From Polyangiaceae bacterium (lineage in GTDB: Bacteria; Myxococcota_A; Polyangia; Polyangiales; Polyangiaceae): 64,000 bases of DNA. The DNA lies in assembly GCA_965222375.1 (NCBI GenBank), contig CBDCTZ010000005.1:224001-288000 (forward strand), written 5' to 3'. The notes below the pieces were generated by a model. The model was not told the DNA's origin, ran no database searches, and was given only the letters and a program-made list of their open reading frames with translations. Made by a program: the position numbers and the translations under genes. This document shows, one piece after another, positions 48,980 through 58,417 of the stretch (its first letter is position 1; every line of letters starts with the position of its first letter).

Positions 48980-50086
48980 CTAGCGTCCAAGTTCCACGAA
49001 CTTCATGCCAAAGGTGTCGGCCACCGCGCGGTTCGTGATCTGCTTCTTGTGGGTGTTCACCGCACTGGTGATCCGTGGGTCTTGAGCACACGCCTCGCGC
49101 AGACCCGCATCCGCTAGCCTGAGAGCGAAGGGCAGCGTGACATTGCACAGCGCGTAGGTGCTGGTCCGGCCCACGGCGCCCGGCATGTTGGCCACGCAGT
49201 AGTGCACCACTTCGTCGATGATGTAGGTGGGCTCCCCGTGGGTCGTTGGGCGCGTGGTTTCGACGCAGCCACCCTGATCTACAGCGACATCCACGATCAC
49301 GGAGCCAGACCTCATACTCTTGAGATCGGACTTTTCGACCAGTCGCGGTGCCCGGGCACCCTCGATCAAGATGGCTCCAACCACGAGATCCGAACGCATG
49401 ATTTGCTCCCGGATGGTGTGACGGTCGGAGAACAGCGTGGTGACGTTCTTGGGCATGATGTCGTCGAGGTAGCGCAACCTGTCCAGGTTGATGTCGAGGA
49501 TCGAAACGCTGGCACCGAAGCCCGCAGCCACCTTGGCGGCGTTCGTTCCGACCACACCGCCACCGAGAATGCAGATGTGCGCCGGTTCGACCCCCGGCAC
49601 GCCGCCGAGCAAGATCCCCCTGCCCTCTTGAGGCCGCTCCAGATACTTGGCGCCCTCTTGAATGCTCATGCGCCCGGCGACTTCACTCATGGGCGTGAGC
49701 AGAGGCAACTGACCCTTGTCGTCGCGCAGTGTTTCATACGCGACGCAGCTGGCTCCGGAATCGACGCAGCCCTGCGTCAGCTCTTCACTGGCCGCGAAGT
49801 GGAAGTAGGTGAAGACGATGTGACCATCACGCATCAGCGGGATCTCGTCCGACTGGGGCTCTTTCACCTTGATGATCATGTCCGCCCGCTTCCAAATCTC
49901 TTCACGGGGCGTCACGATTTCCGCACCCACTGCGGCATAGGCCTCGTCGCTGAGGCCACTGCCGGCGCCGGCGCCGGCTTCGACGAGTACTTGGTGCCCA
50001 CGCCGCTTCATCTCCTCCGCACCTACGGGCAATAGGGAGATGCGGTACTCGTGGGCTTTGACCTCTTTGGGAACTCCAACGATCAT
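48980..50086 (-). CDS. ald: Alanine dehydrogenase
   Basis: GVPKEVKAHEYR, KVKEP, PMSEVAGR, GGGVVG, DVAVDQGGC, YCVANMPGAV. Confidence 0.97.
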   Translation of the reverse strand: MIVGVPKEVKAHEYRISLLPVGAEEMKRRGHQVLVEAGAGAGSGLSDEAYAAVGAEIVTPREEIWKRADMIIKVKEPQSDEIPLMRDGHIVFTYFHFAASEELTQGCVDSGASCVAYETLRDDKGQLPLLTPMSEVAGRMSIQEGAKYLERPQEGRGILLGGVPGVEPAHICILGGGVVGTNAAKVAAGFGASVSILDINLDRLRYLDDIMPKNVTTLFSDRHTIREQIMRSDLVVGAILIEGARAPRLVEKSDLKSMRSGSVIVDVAVDQGGCVETTRPTTHGEPTYIIDEVVHYCVANMPGAVGRTSTYALCNVTLPFALRLADAGLREACAQDPRITSAVNTHKKQITNRAVADTFGMKFVELGR

Positions 50087-50222
50087 GCTGGCTCACTTTC
50101 CGCGGGACTGGCCGCGATCGCCTAATACCATGACCGCGCCGTTCCGCGTGCGGCGCTAAATCTGCGGCACCTGCGCGTTGCGGAGATGACCTGGCCGCCA
50201 TGCGTGGTACGCTGAATTCACT

Positions 50223-51293
50223 ATGTCGCTGCGCCCTGTCTTTGCCGTATGCCTACTCCTAATCGCTTGCGGCGACGGCGATACCGCCTCCCCCAAGCAG
50301 CCCGGTGGCGGCGTGCTCGATGGCAGCTTCGAAGCGAGCGTCGACGCGGGCACGGACGGCGCCGCTGACGCCCCGCCGCCAGATGTGGGCCCAGCGGACA
50401 CGGCTCCCCCCTTCACGGGGCCCGGCGCCCTGAGCCAAACCGGCCTCTACCTCGACACCGTGAGCAAGACCCTGGCCCCGGGTGTCATGCCCTACGACGT
50501 TCGCTATCCACTCTGGTCCGATGGCGCCACCAAGTCGCGCTTCTTGTATTTGCCCTCCGGCGAGCAGATCAACACGCAATCCATGGATTTCTGGAGCTTT
50601 CCCATCGGCACCAAAGCCTGGAAGGAGTTCCGCAAGAACGGACAGCTGCTCGAAACCCGCTACCTCGAAAAACGCGCCAAGGGGCCCGGGGGCTGGCTGG
50701 AGGTGGCCTACGTCTGGAACGACGAAGCCACCGAGGCCTACGCCGCGCCGCAGGGCCTGCAAGACGTCAAAGGCACGACTCACGACGTCCCGAGTCAGGC
50801 CGATTGCTCCCAGTGCCACGACGGAGAGAGCGACGTGCTGATCGGAGTGGGCGCAATCCAACTGAGCAAGGAAGCCGGCGGCGGGTTTCTTTCCACACTT
50901 GCCACGCAGGGTTGGCTCTCCCACCCACCCGCAGGCGAGTTCCCGGTGCCTGGCGATGGCGTCGTCGAGGACGCGCTAGGCTACCTGCATGCCAACTGTG
51001 GCAACTGCCACAACGACACTCACTTCTTGACCAGCAAGCGGACCCTGCGCCTCAAACTTCTGACCACGAGCACCACCCCCGAGTCGACGCCAACGTACAT
51101 GACGGCGATCAACGCTAAGATGAACCACGTCGTCGATGGAACCACGGTCGCCATCGCCCCCGGCGACCCCAGCAAGAGCCAGCTCTACATCCGCATGAAT
51201 GGGCGCGAGCTCGATTCCATGCCGCCACTGGGCACCGAAGAGGTCGACAGCATCGCCATGGCCGGCATCTTCAATTGGATAGCTGGTCTGTAG
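50223..51293 (+). CDS. Diheme c-type cytochrome lipoprotein (SO2930-like)
   Basis: LSQTGLY, PLWSDGATKSR, CSQCH, YLHANCGNCH, MPPLG. Confidence 0.88.
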   Translation: MSLRPVFAVCLLLIACGDGDTASPKQPGGGVLDGSFEASVDAGTDGAADAPPPDVGPADTAPPFTGPGALSQTGLYLDTVSKTLAPGVMPYDVRYPLWSDGATKSRFLYLPSGEQINTQSMDFWSFPIGTKAWKEFRKNGQLLETRYLEKRAKGPGGWLEVAYVWNDEATEAYAAPQGLQDVKGTTHDVPSQADCSQCHDGESDVLIGVGAIQLSKEAGGGFLSTLATQGWLSHPPAGEFPVPGDGVVEDALGYLHANCGNCHNDTHFLTSKRTLRLKLLTTSTTPESTPTYMTAINAKMNHVVDGTTVAIAPGDPSKSQLYIRMNGRELDSMPPLGTEEVDSIAMAGIFNWIAGL

Positions 51294-51433
51294 CTACCTC
51301 GCGACCCGTGTGCCATGGCACAGCTCGGACTTTCCTGTCCGGCAGATCCGCGTTGACGGGACCGCAATGCGCCTGAAATCGCTCAGCTGGCACCTGGCAC
51401 GGGCCTCGCACCAGGCCGCGACTGGAGACCCCC

Positions 51434-52336
51434 ATGAAATCCCTGTACGCAGCCCTCGGGCTCTTGATCGCCGCCTGCGGCGGTGCCACGGACAAAGACC
51501 TCACTTCCGCCGGCGGTAACGCTGGCAGTGCGGGAACAGCCGGCAGCGGCGCCACGGGCGCGATCGGCGGCAACGGAGCAACCAGTGGCAGCGGTGGATC
51601 CGGTGCAGTCAGCGGCAGCGGTGGATCCGGCGCAGTCAGCGGCAGCGGTGGATCCGGCGCACTCGGCGGTAGCGGCGGCTTCGGTGGAGGCCCGAGCTGT
51701 TGCAAGACGAGCCAGGACTGCCCGAGCTATGCGTTCGGCCCGCCACCGCAATGTGTCAATGGTGTGTGCAAGGAGGCCGTGCCTCCGGGACTGTGTTGGA
51801 CCGACAAGGACTGCGCGGCCGGAGTCCAGGGCGCGTGCATCGGTGCGTCCGTCTGCCCGTGTGGTGCCGACTGCGACGCCCCGGACCAGCCCGGCAAGTG
51901 CGTAACCGTCGGCCCGGGATGCTGCAGCAAGGACACGGATTGCCCTGCCACCAGTGCGGGCAAGGAAGTGTGCATCTCGGGTAACTGCGAACCAGCACCG
52001 CCTCCCGGCAAGTGTTGGAGCAACAAGGACTGTCCGCCAGGCGGCGGGGGCTGTGTCGGCAAATGTATCTGTCCTTGCGGCGCGATCTGCGCGTGCGGTG
52101 GACAGATGGGCACGTGCGCGCCGCCACCTCCCGACCCGCTGTGCTGCGTGGCAGACATCGAGTGCATCGGCATCGGTGTGTGCGCCGGCGGCGTCTGCAA
52201 AGCACCCGTCCCCGGAGGCTGCTGGAAGGACGCAGACTGTGGTCCCGACGCAACCTGCGAGGGCGAGTCCATCTGTCCCTGCGGCGCGCTGTGCGGCCTC
52301 GCCGACTACCCCGGCAAGTGCGAGAAGAAGAACTGA
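51434..52336 (+). CDS. Highly Cys-rich repeat lipoprotein
   Basis: Lipobox IAAC; three double modules CC..D.C / CW.DKDC...CPCGA.C. Confidence 0.85.
   Translation: MKSLYAALGLLIAACGGATDKDLTSAGGNAGSAGTAGSGATGAIGGNGATSGSGGSGAVSGSGGSGAVSGSGGSGALGGSGGFGGGPSCCKTSQDCPSYAFGPPPQCVNGVCKEAVPPGLCWTDKDCAAGVQGACIGASVCPCGADCDAPDQPGKCVTVGPGCCSKDTDCPATSAGKEVCISGNCEPAPPPGKCWSNKDCPPGGGGCVGKCICPCGAICACGGQMGTCAPPPPDPLCCVADIECIGIGVCAGGVCKAPVPGGCWKDADCGPDATCEGESICPCGALCGLADYPGKCEKKN
51584..51664 (+). repeat. 27-bp tandem repeat x3 (SGSGGSGAV)
   Basis: Units AGCGGCAGCGGTGGATCCGGCGCAGTC with 1-2 mismatches. Confidence 0.9.
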
Positions 52337-52450
52337 CGGCCGCACACACATCAAACGCTCGAAAGCACTCCGGAGCACGGCCCCGCGCGCCTGCAGCTCC
52401 ACCTCAAGAAGCGCTTGTCCTGAAGCCGGGCTCGGAGTACCGACGATCCC

Positions 52451-53362
52451 ATGGGACGAGCGAACAAACCACCGCGGCGCCTGCGGGTAGCCACTCTGCA
52501 GTACTTCATCCGACCGGTGGAGGGCTTCGCGCAGTTCGAGGATCAAGTCAGCGCGCTGGTCCAAACCGCCGCCGACTATGACTGTCGCCTGATGGTCTTC
52601 CCGGAGTACTTCTCCACCCAACTACTCACTTTGGCCGGCACCGATCGACCGATTCAGCAGCAGATCCGCAAGCTAGCCGACTTCGAGCAGCGCATCGTCG
52701 ACATGTTCAAGGCGCTGGCGAAAGAGCATCAGATCTTCATCGTCGGCGGCTCCCTGCCCGCGGTCGATCCACCCGATCTCGAGACGGTCTACAACGAGTG
52801 CTACGTCTATGCGCCCAACGGCGAGTGGGAGGTACAAGGCAAGCTGCACATGACCCGCTTCGAACGGGAAGACTGGGTCGTTTCACCCCACACGCGGCTG
52901 CGACTTTTCGACACCGAGGTCGGCAAGTTCGCCGTCACGATCTGCTACGATGTCGAGTTTCCAGAGCTGGCTCGAGCTGCGGCCCGAGCCGGCGCCTACA
53001 TCTTGATCGTGCCCAGCTGTACGGATGACCGCCAGGGCTACCTGCGGGTGCGCTACTGCGCGCAGGCCCGCGCGATCGAAAACCAAATGTACGTGATTCA
53101 CGCCTGCACCGTGGGCAGCTTGCCCCAGGTCCCCGCTGTCTCTTTGAACTACGGCCAAGCGTCCATCCTCACGCCCAGCGACTTCGCCTTCTCCCGGGAT
53201 GGCATCCTGGCAGAAGGCGTCCCGAACCAAGAGTCCATGGTCATCGGGGAGCTGGACATGGACCTGATCCGAGAAGCGCGAGAAGACGGCACCGTGCTGC
53301 CCTTGCGCGACAGCACCTCATCAGCCGAAGTGTCGAGAACTCTGGACACGGTCACCCTCTGA
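52451..53362 (+). CDS. Carbon-nitrogen hydrolase (nitrilase superfamily) with intact triad
   Basis: FPEY, QGKLH, ICYDVEFPE, ARAIEN. Confidence 0.95.
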   Translation: MGRANKPPRRLRVATLQYFIRPVEGFAQFEDQVSALVQTAADYDCRLMVFPEYFSTQLLTLAGTDRPIQQQIRKLADFEQRIVDMFKALAKEHQIFIVGGSLPAVDPPDLETVYNECYVYAPNGEWEVQGKLHMTRFEREDWVVSPHTRLRLFDTEVGKFAVTICYDVEFPELARAAARAGAYILIVPSCTDDRQGYLRVRYCAQARAIENQMYVIHACTVGSLPQVPAVSLNYGQASILTPSDFAFSRDGILAEGVPNQESMVIGELDMDLIREAREDGTVLPLRDSTSSAEVSRTLDTVTL

Positions 53363-53370
53363 GCAGCCCC

Positions 53371-54936
53371 ATGGCCCAATCCAAGAAGAAAAAGAAGCGC
53401 TCCCGCCCGAGCCGCGTGAAAGTCAGGCGGCTCAGCGTCGAGGACTACGACCGGGTTTGCGAGATCCAGCTGCGCTGCTTCCCGGGCATGAAGCCCTGGC
53501 TTAAAGCGCAGTTCGAAAGCCAAATCGAGCGTTTTCCCGACGGGCAGATCGGCGTCGAAGTCGATGGCACCTTGGTCGCGTCGTCGTCGAGCCTGGTCGT
53601 GGACTTCGATCTTTACTCGGAGTGGCACAACTGGACCGAGATGTCCGGCAACGGATACATCACGAACCACACCGACACCGGCGACACCATGTACGGCATC
53701 GAGATCATGGTGGATCCGGACTTTCGCGGTCAACGCTTGTCGCGACGCTTGTACGACGCTCGTAAGCAACTCGCCCGAAAGATGAATCTGGCCCGCATCA
53801 TGATCGGTGGTCGCATTCCGGGCTACCACAAGCATGCGGAGGAAATGAGTGCGGAGGCCTACACCGAGAAGGTCATGGCGAAAGTCCTACACGACCCGGT
53901 CTTGACGGCACAAATCGCCAACGGCTTTTCCTTGAAGCGGCTGATCCCTGACTACCTACCCGTCGACTCCGAATCCTGCGGCTATGCCTCCTTCCTCGAG
54001 TGGACCAACTTCGACCGGCGCGCTGACGAAAGACGTTACTTCCGGGCGGTGGAGCAGGTGCGGCTCGCGGTCGTGCAGTATGAGCTGAGACCCGTGGAGT
54101 CCTTCGAGGAGTTCGCCAAACAGTGCACGTACTTCGTCGACGTGGCGGCGGACTCCCGTGCGGATTTCGTCGTATTTCCCGGCCTGGTTACGGCGCAGCT
54201 GTTTTGCATCACCCCCGCACTCCGCCCCGGCCTGGCCGCACGCAAGCTCGCCGAGTTCACGCCTCAGTACGAAGAGCTCATGAGCGGCCTCGCCATCCGC
54301 TACAACATCAACATTATTGGCGGCTCCCAGTTCACCATCGACGATGGCAATCTGAGGAATACTGCATTCCTATTCCGTCGGGATGGCAGCACCGGACGGC
54401 AGCACAAGCTGCACATTCCACCCGCCGAACGGCGTTGGTGGGGCGTGCAACCCGGAACCGAGCTCGAGGTCTTCGAAACCGACAGCACCAAGATCGCCAT
54501 CTTGGGTGGCTACGACATCCAATTCCCGGAGCTCTCCCGTTGCGCCGCCAAGAAGGGCGCGCGCGTGCTCTTCGTGCCCTTCGCGTCCGAGGATCGAAAC
54601 TCGTACATGCGAATTCGCTACTGCGCCCAGGCGCGCTGCATCGAAAATCACGTCTACACAGCGATTTCCGGCTCCACCGGCAACCTGCCCTTCGTGGACA
54701 ACGCCGACGTGCACTACGCCCAGTCGGCGATCTTGACGCCTTGCGATTTTTCTTTCGCTCGAGACGGCATCGCGGCCGAATGCACGCCCAACATCGAGGC
54801 CGTCCAGGTGCACGACTTGGATATCGAGCTGCTGCGCCGGCAGCGCTTCGAGGGCACCACCACCAATTGGTACGATCGCCGCAAGGACATCTACCGGCTA
54901 ACCCAACTCGACGCCGGCGAGCAGCGCGAGGTTTGA
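53371..54936 (+). CDS. GNAT acetyltransferase-nitrilase fusion with degenerate nitrilase triad
   Basis: GNAT VDPDFRGQRLSRRLY; nitrilase domain reads FPG in place of FPE and LGGYD in place of ICYD. Confidence 0.93.
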   Translation: MAQSKKKKKRSRPSRVKVRRLSVEDYDRVCEIQLRCFPGMKPWLKAQFESQIERFPDGQIGVEVDGTLVASSSSLVVDFDLYSEWHNWTEMSGNGYITNHTDTGDTMYGIEIMVDPDFRGQRLSRRLYDARKQLARKMNLARIMIGGRIPGYHKHAEEMSAEAYTEKVMAKVLHDPVLTAQIANGFSLKRLIPDYLPVDSESCGYASFLEWTNFDRRADERRYFRAVEQVRLAVVQYELRPVESFEEFAKQCTYFVDVAADSRADFVVFPGLVTAQLFCITPALRPGLAARKLAEFTPQYEELMSGLAIRYNINIIGGSQFTIDDGNLRNTAFLFRRDGSTGRQHKLHIPPAERRWWGVQPGTELEVFETDSTKIAILGGYDIQFPELSRCAAKKGARVLFVPFASEDRNSYMRIRYCAQARCIENHVYTAISGSTGNLPFVDNADVHYAQSAILTPCDFSFARDGIAAECTPNIEAVQVHDLDIELLRRQRFEGTTTNWYDRRKDIYRLTQLDAGEQREV

Positions 54937-55181
54937 GGCAGTTCAAGGGATCACTGGGATGGCGCACCCGGTTGGGCGGTGCCCCACCCGAGCGCACTTT
55001 CGAACCAAACCAGTTCCGTCGCTGCGCCCTGCAGCTTGCCAGAGGTTGCCTGGCGCCGGTTCCGCACGACCAGACACGAAGCTCGGACCCCGCGCCATGT
55101 TTTGGCTAGCCGCCGCCTATCGCCAACGCCCCACAAATGCACAAGGCTACGCAGACACCCGAACCCACGGAGACACCACGC

Positions 55182-55865
55182 ATGAGCGCCGACCTCTTCC
55201 CCAAACGCTGGCCCTCCACCCATCCTGATCGCCTTCAGCTGTACTCCCTGGCGACGCCCAACGGACAGAAGGCCGGCATCGCCCTCGAAGAGCTCGGCCT
55301 CGACTACGAAGCGCATCGCATCGACATCATGAAGAACGATCAGTTCGATCCGGACTTCGTCAAGCTCAACCCCAACTCGAAGATCCCCACCCTTCTCGAC
55401 CCCAAGGGCCCTGACGACAAGCCCATCGCGATCATGGAGTCCGGCGCCATCTTGCTCTACCTCGCCAGGAAGGCCGGCAAGCTCCTGCCCGAGACCCCTC
55501 GCCAAAAGATCGAACTCCAGCAGTGGCTGTTCTTCCAAGTCGGCCACATCGGCCCGATGTTCGGCCAATTCGGACACTTCTACAAATTCGCCAAGGGCAA
55601 AACCGACGGCTACGGCGAAGAGCGCTACGGCAAAGAAACCAAGCGCCTGTTGGAGGTACTGGAGCGCCAACTCCAAGACCGCGATTACCTACTCGGCGAT
55701 TTCTCCCTCGCCGACATTGCCACCGTTCCCTGGATCGAGGCCCTCGACTTCTACGAAGCCAAGGACGCCGTCGATTACGACACCTTCCCCAAGGTGAACG
55801 CGTGGGTGAAGCGCTTCCTCGACCGCCCCACCGTCCAACGCGGCCTGAAGGTCTGCGCCTTCTAG
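55182..55865 (+). CDS. Glutathione S-transferase, Nu-class (YfcG/YghU-like)
   Basis: TPNG, NPNSKIP, ESGAILLYLA, GPMFGQ, SLADIA. Confidence 0.93.
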   Translation: MSADLFPKRWPSTHPDRLQLYSLATPNGQKAGIALEELGLDYEAHRIDIMKNDQFDPDFVKLNPNSKIPTLLDPKGPDDKPIAIMESGAILLYLARKAGKLLPETPRQKIELQQWLFFQVGHIGPMFGQFGHFYKFAKGKTDGYGEERYGKETKRLLEVLERQLQDRDYLLGDFSLADIATVPWIEALDFYEAKDAVDYDTFPKVNAWVKRFLDRPTVQRGLKVCAF

Positions 55866-56261
55866 GCCTGCTCGCCGCTTCTAGACCCCACGACGCAATC
55901 CCAGACCAGAACGAGAGCGCCGGCGACTAGCTGATGTCGCCCGGTCCCCAAAACTTCTAGGTTGGTTTGGGGTCGGTTCGCGGGTGCACCCGGGGCCACT
56001 ACTCCCAACCTGGGCCGCGCCTTGCGTTAGGGCCGAGCCGCTACCGACGCGGGCGACGCGGGCGAGGGTCGACGGATCTGCGTCCGCCGGGACCGGGTCT
56101 CGATCGCGGCGTTGCGCGCCCCTCCGCTGCATGGCGGAAGGCTGATAAGGAGAGGCGTACCTGTACAAACTGCAGACACAAATATCCCAGGGTGGGAGGG
56201 CAACTTGGTCGGCCCACTGAGTCAGCCGGTTGCGCGGAATCTGTACGGTGCCCCACCCCGG

Positions 56262-57734
56262 CTCATGATTGATCAGATCTCAACAGGGCTTGTGCGAACT
56301 GGAAGCCGATCTCGTAGTCGAGGAGTTTGAAGTATCCGCGACCGAGAGTCTGCCAACCCGGCAGTCCGTTGTTTCTGAGGTGGCCACCCACCCGGGCGAC
56401 TGCGTAGAGCGCTTCTTGCACTGTCTGTGGGAGTGAGGGCAGCTTCAGTTTCAGTTGCAGTAGCTGCAGCTGTATCGGGGTCAGGACTGCTCGCGCCGGG
56501 AGTTCTGGCGCTTCGCGCACGAGCGAGCGCATCAGAAGCAAGCGCCAAGCGACGGGAAGGAACACCGCCAGGGCGTTGCTCAGCGCGTGGTAGGACTCGA
56601 GTTGCCGTTTCTCGAGGGAGCAACCCTGCTTGAGGGTCTTGAAGAATTCCTCGATGACCCATCGGCTGCGATAGGTGTCGACCACTCGTTCGATGTCCTC
56701 GTCGGTGTCGATCGCTTCCGTGGTCAGAAGCACCCACTCGACGGGGGGCTCGTTCTCTGCTGGGCTCGGCTCCCAGACGCGCACCACGTTCAGCTCGATG
56801 GCGGCAGGACCCGTGCGGCATCCCTGAGGCCGTAGGACAGTGACCGTTCTTGCCGCCATCGCGACTTCTACCTCTCGAGCATTGCGTGGAGGATGCGTCT
56901 TGGCGGAGCGAGTCATGCAGGTTTCCGGCCGCTTTGAGATGAAGATCTTCCGAAAAACACGGGGCTCGAGCTGTTCCACCGCGGCTCGCAGACGGACGAT
57001 GTCGTCGTCGTCATCCGTGGCTCGGTCCTGTGAGGACCGGATCACGAATCGAGCACCGAGTTCTTGCGCCTTCGCAATCACTTCGTAGATGTCCGCTTCA
57101 CGGTCCATCACGTGCACGACCTCGGCGCCTGCACAGCGGACATGGACTGTCTCGAGCATCGCGGGCCAGCGCAAAGACTCCCTCTCCGAGTCCTCGCGCT
57201 TGTCCCGTGAGTGACGTCCCCGCCCGCCCTTGTGCTCGGTTCTGGCCCAGTGGCGCAGGTCGAGCACGCCAAGGGGAACACGCGATTCGCCGGGCAGTAC
57301 CGCCAGGGCAGTGTGAGCGAAGAACCCCTGCGCCTTGCTCGATGTCGGCCCCAACCCGGCCCGTTTGCTCTTGCCTCCTACGGTCACCTCAGTGGTGTCA
57401 TGCACTACCAGGCACGGACCCGCCGCCTTTACCCGCTCCACCGTCGCACGAATGTGCGGCGCCAACACCTGCTTGGGCTTCACCTGCTCGTTGCGCAGGA
57501 ATCGATACACACCCTCCAACTCAGATGCTGTGCTGGTGGCTCTCGGAAACCCGGCGTCCGGTGCCGCCATCACGGTTTCCGCCAACCACAAAAGCCGCTT
57601 CGAACGACGCCGATCCCCCAGCTTTGCCCCGCAAAACTCCACAGATATCGGCTGCCTCATCCACTCGGTTGTTCCCATTCCCACGGTAGATCACACCTGC
57701 CAGATCTTGGCAACGAGATGTGTATGATCATGAG
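56262..57734 (-). mobile_element. Complete IS4-family (IS50 group) insertion sequence, 1473 bp
   Basis: 19-bp IRs CTCATGATTGATCAGATCT and CTCATGATCATACACATCT (14/19 match); 9-bp direct repeat CCACCCCGG at 56253-56261 and 57735-57743. Confidence 0.95.
56263..57678 (-). CDS. IS4/Tn5-like DDE transposase
   Basis: LGDRRRSKRL, VHDTT, VMDREADI, WVLLT, YRSRWVIEEFFKTLK (YREK motif); stop codon lies inside the IR; start uncertain (57660-57684). Confidence 0.95.
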   Translation of the reverse strand: MGTTEWMRQPISVEFCGAKLGDRRRSKRLLWLAETVMAAPDAGFPRATSTASELEGVYRFLRNEQVKPKQVLAPHIRATVERVKAAGPCLVVHDTTEVTVGGKSKRAGLGPTSSKAQGFFAHTALAVLPGESRVPLGVLDLRHWARTEHKGGRGRHSRDKREDSERESLRWPAMLETVHVRCAGAEVVHVMDREADIYEVIAKAQELGARFVIRSSQDRATDDDDDIVRLRAAVEQLEPRVFRKIFISKRPETCMTRSAKTHPPRNAREVEVAMAARTVTVLRPQGCRTGPAAIELNVVRVWEPSPAENEPPVEWVLLTTEAIDTDEDIERVVDTYRSRWVIEEFFKTLKQGCSLEKRQLESYHALSNALAVFLPVAWRLLLMRSLVREAPELPARAVLTPIQLQLLQLKLKLPSLPQTVQEALYAVARVGGHLRNNGLPGWQTLGRGYFKLLDYEIGFQFAQALLRSDQS

Positions 57735-57920
57735 CCACCCCGGGTGGGACAACTTGTCGGGCGATCGCGATGCTGAGTTGCGGAAAAACGCACCGGCGAC
57801 GGGTGTCTTGCCGACTGATAAGGGCTGCGGTGCGGGCGGGCCCTTTGGGGGCCCGCCACATCCGCACCTCCGCCGGGGCGCCGGCGCCGCGGGTGTCAGC
57901 CGTTCGAAGCAGAGAAAGGC

Positions 57921-58096
57921 GTGGGCGAGTGCATCAACAGTGCAATTCGCCTTCGCCAGTGATGCCAGTGGAGGTGTGAGCAGCAATGCGACGCCGCCAA
58001 GCGAAGCGCCGGTCCAGCAGCCGTGAGCGTGTGGGCGAGTACATCGACAGTGCAATTCGCCTCCGCCAGAGGAGGTGAACAGCAAATGCGAACGCC
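57921..58096 (+). repeat. Two 66-75 bp direct repeats, 110-bp period
   Basis: 57921-57995 and 58031-58096 share GTGGGCGAGTRCATCRACAGTGCAATTCGCCTYCGCCAG...GGAGGTG...CAGCAA. Confidence 0.9.
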
Positions 58097-58417
58097 CGGT
58101 GCGCCAGCGGCGGCCGAGCGGCGACGTCGCTCTCGGGTGGTCGCGACTTCGCGCTCCGACTTGCGTCCCTGATCTCACTCTGGTGGTCGCGAGTTCGCGG
58201 TGCGATTTACATTTCTTTCTTGACGAATCTTGTTGACAGGTTTTCGAGCGCACGCGCGCACGAAACGCCAGCTTGGCGATTTGTGCGTGCGTACCGCGCG
58301 TGTGCGACGCGCCTGTGCGGTTTCACGCGCGAGGCGGCGCGCGCGTCGATCAGCGTCGCGATCGCCGCGCAGCGTGTCAGCTGAGAAGCCAAATAAACGC
58401 GTGTTAGGCAACTGAGT

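Noticed and set aside
57921..58096. Possible CRISPR array
   Set aside because: Only two long imperfect units, no cas genes, and the repeats match coding sequence of the neighbouring HNH gene
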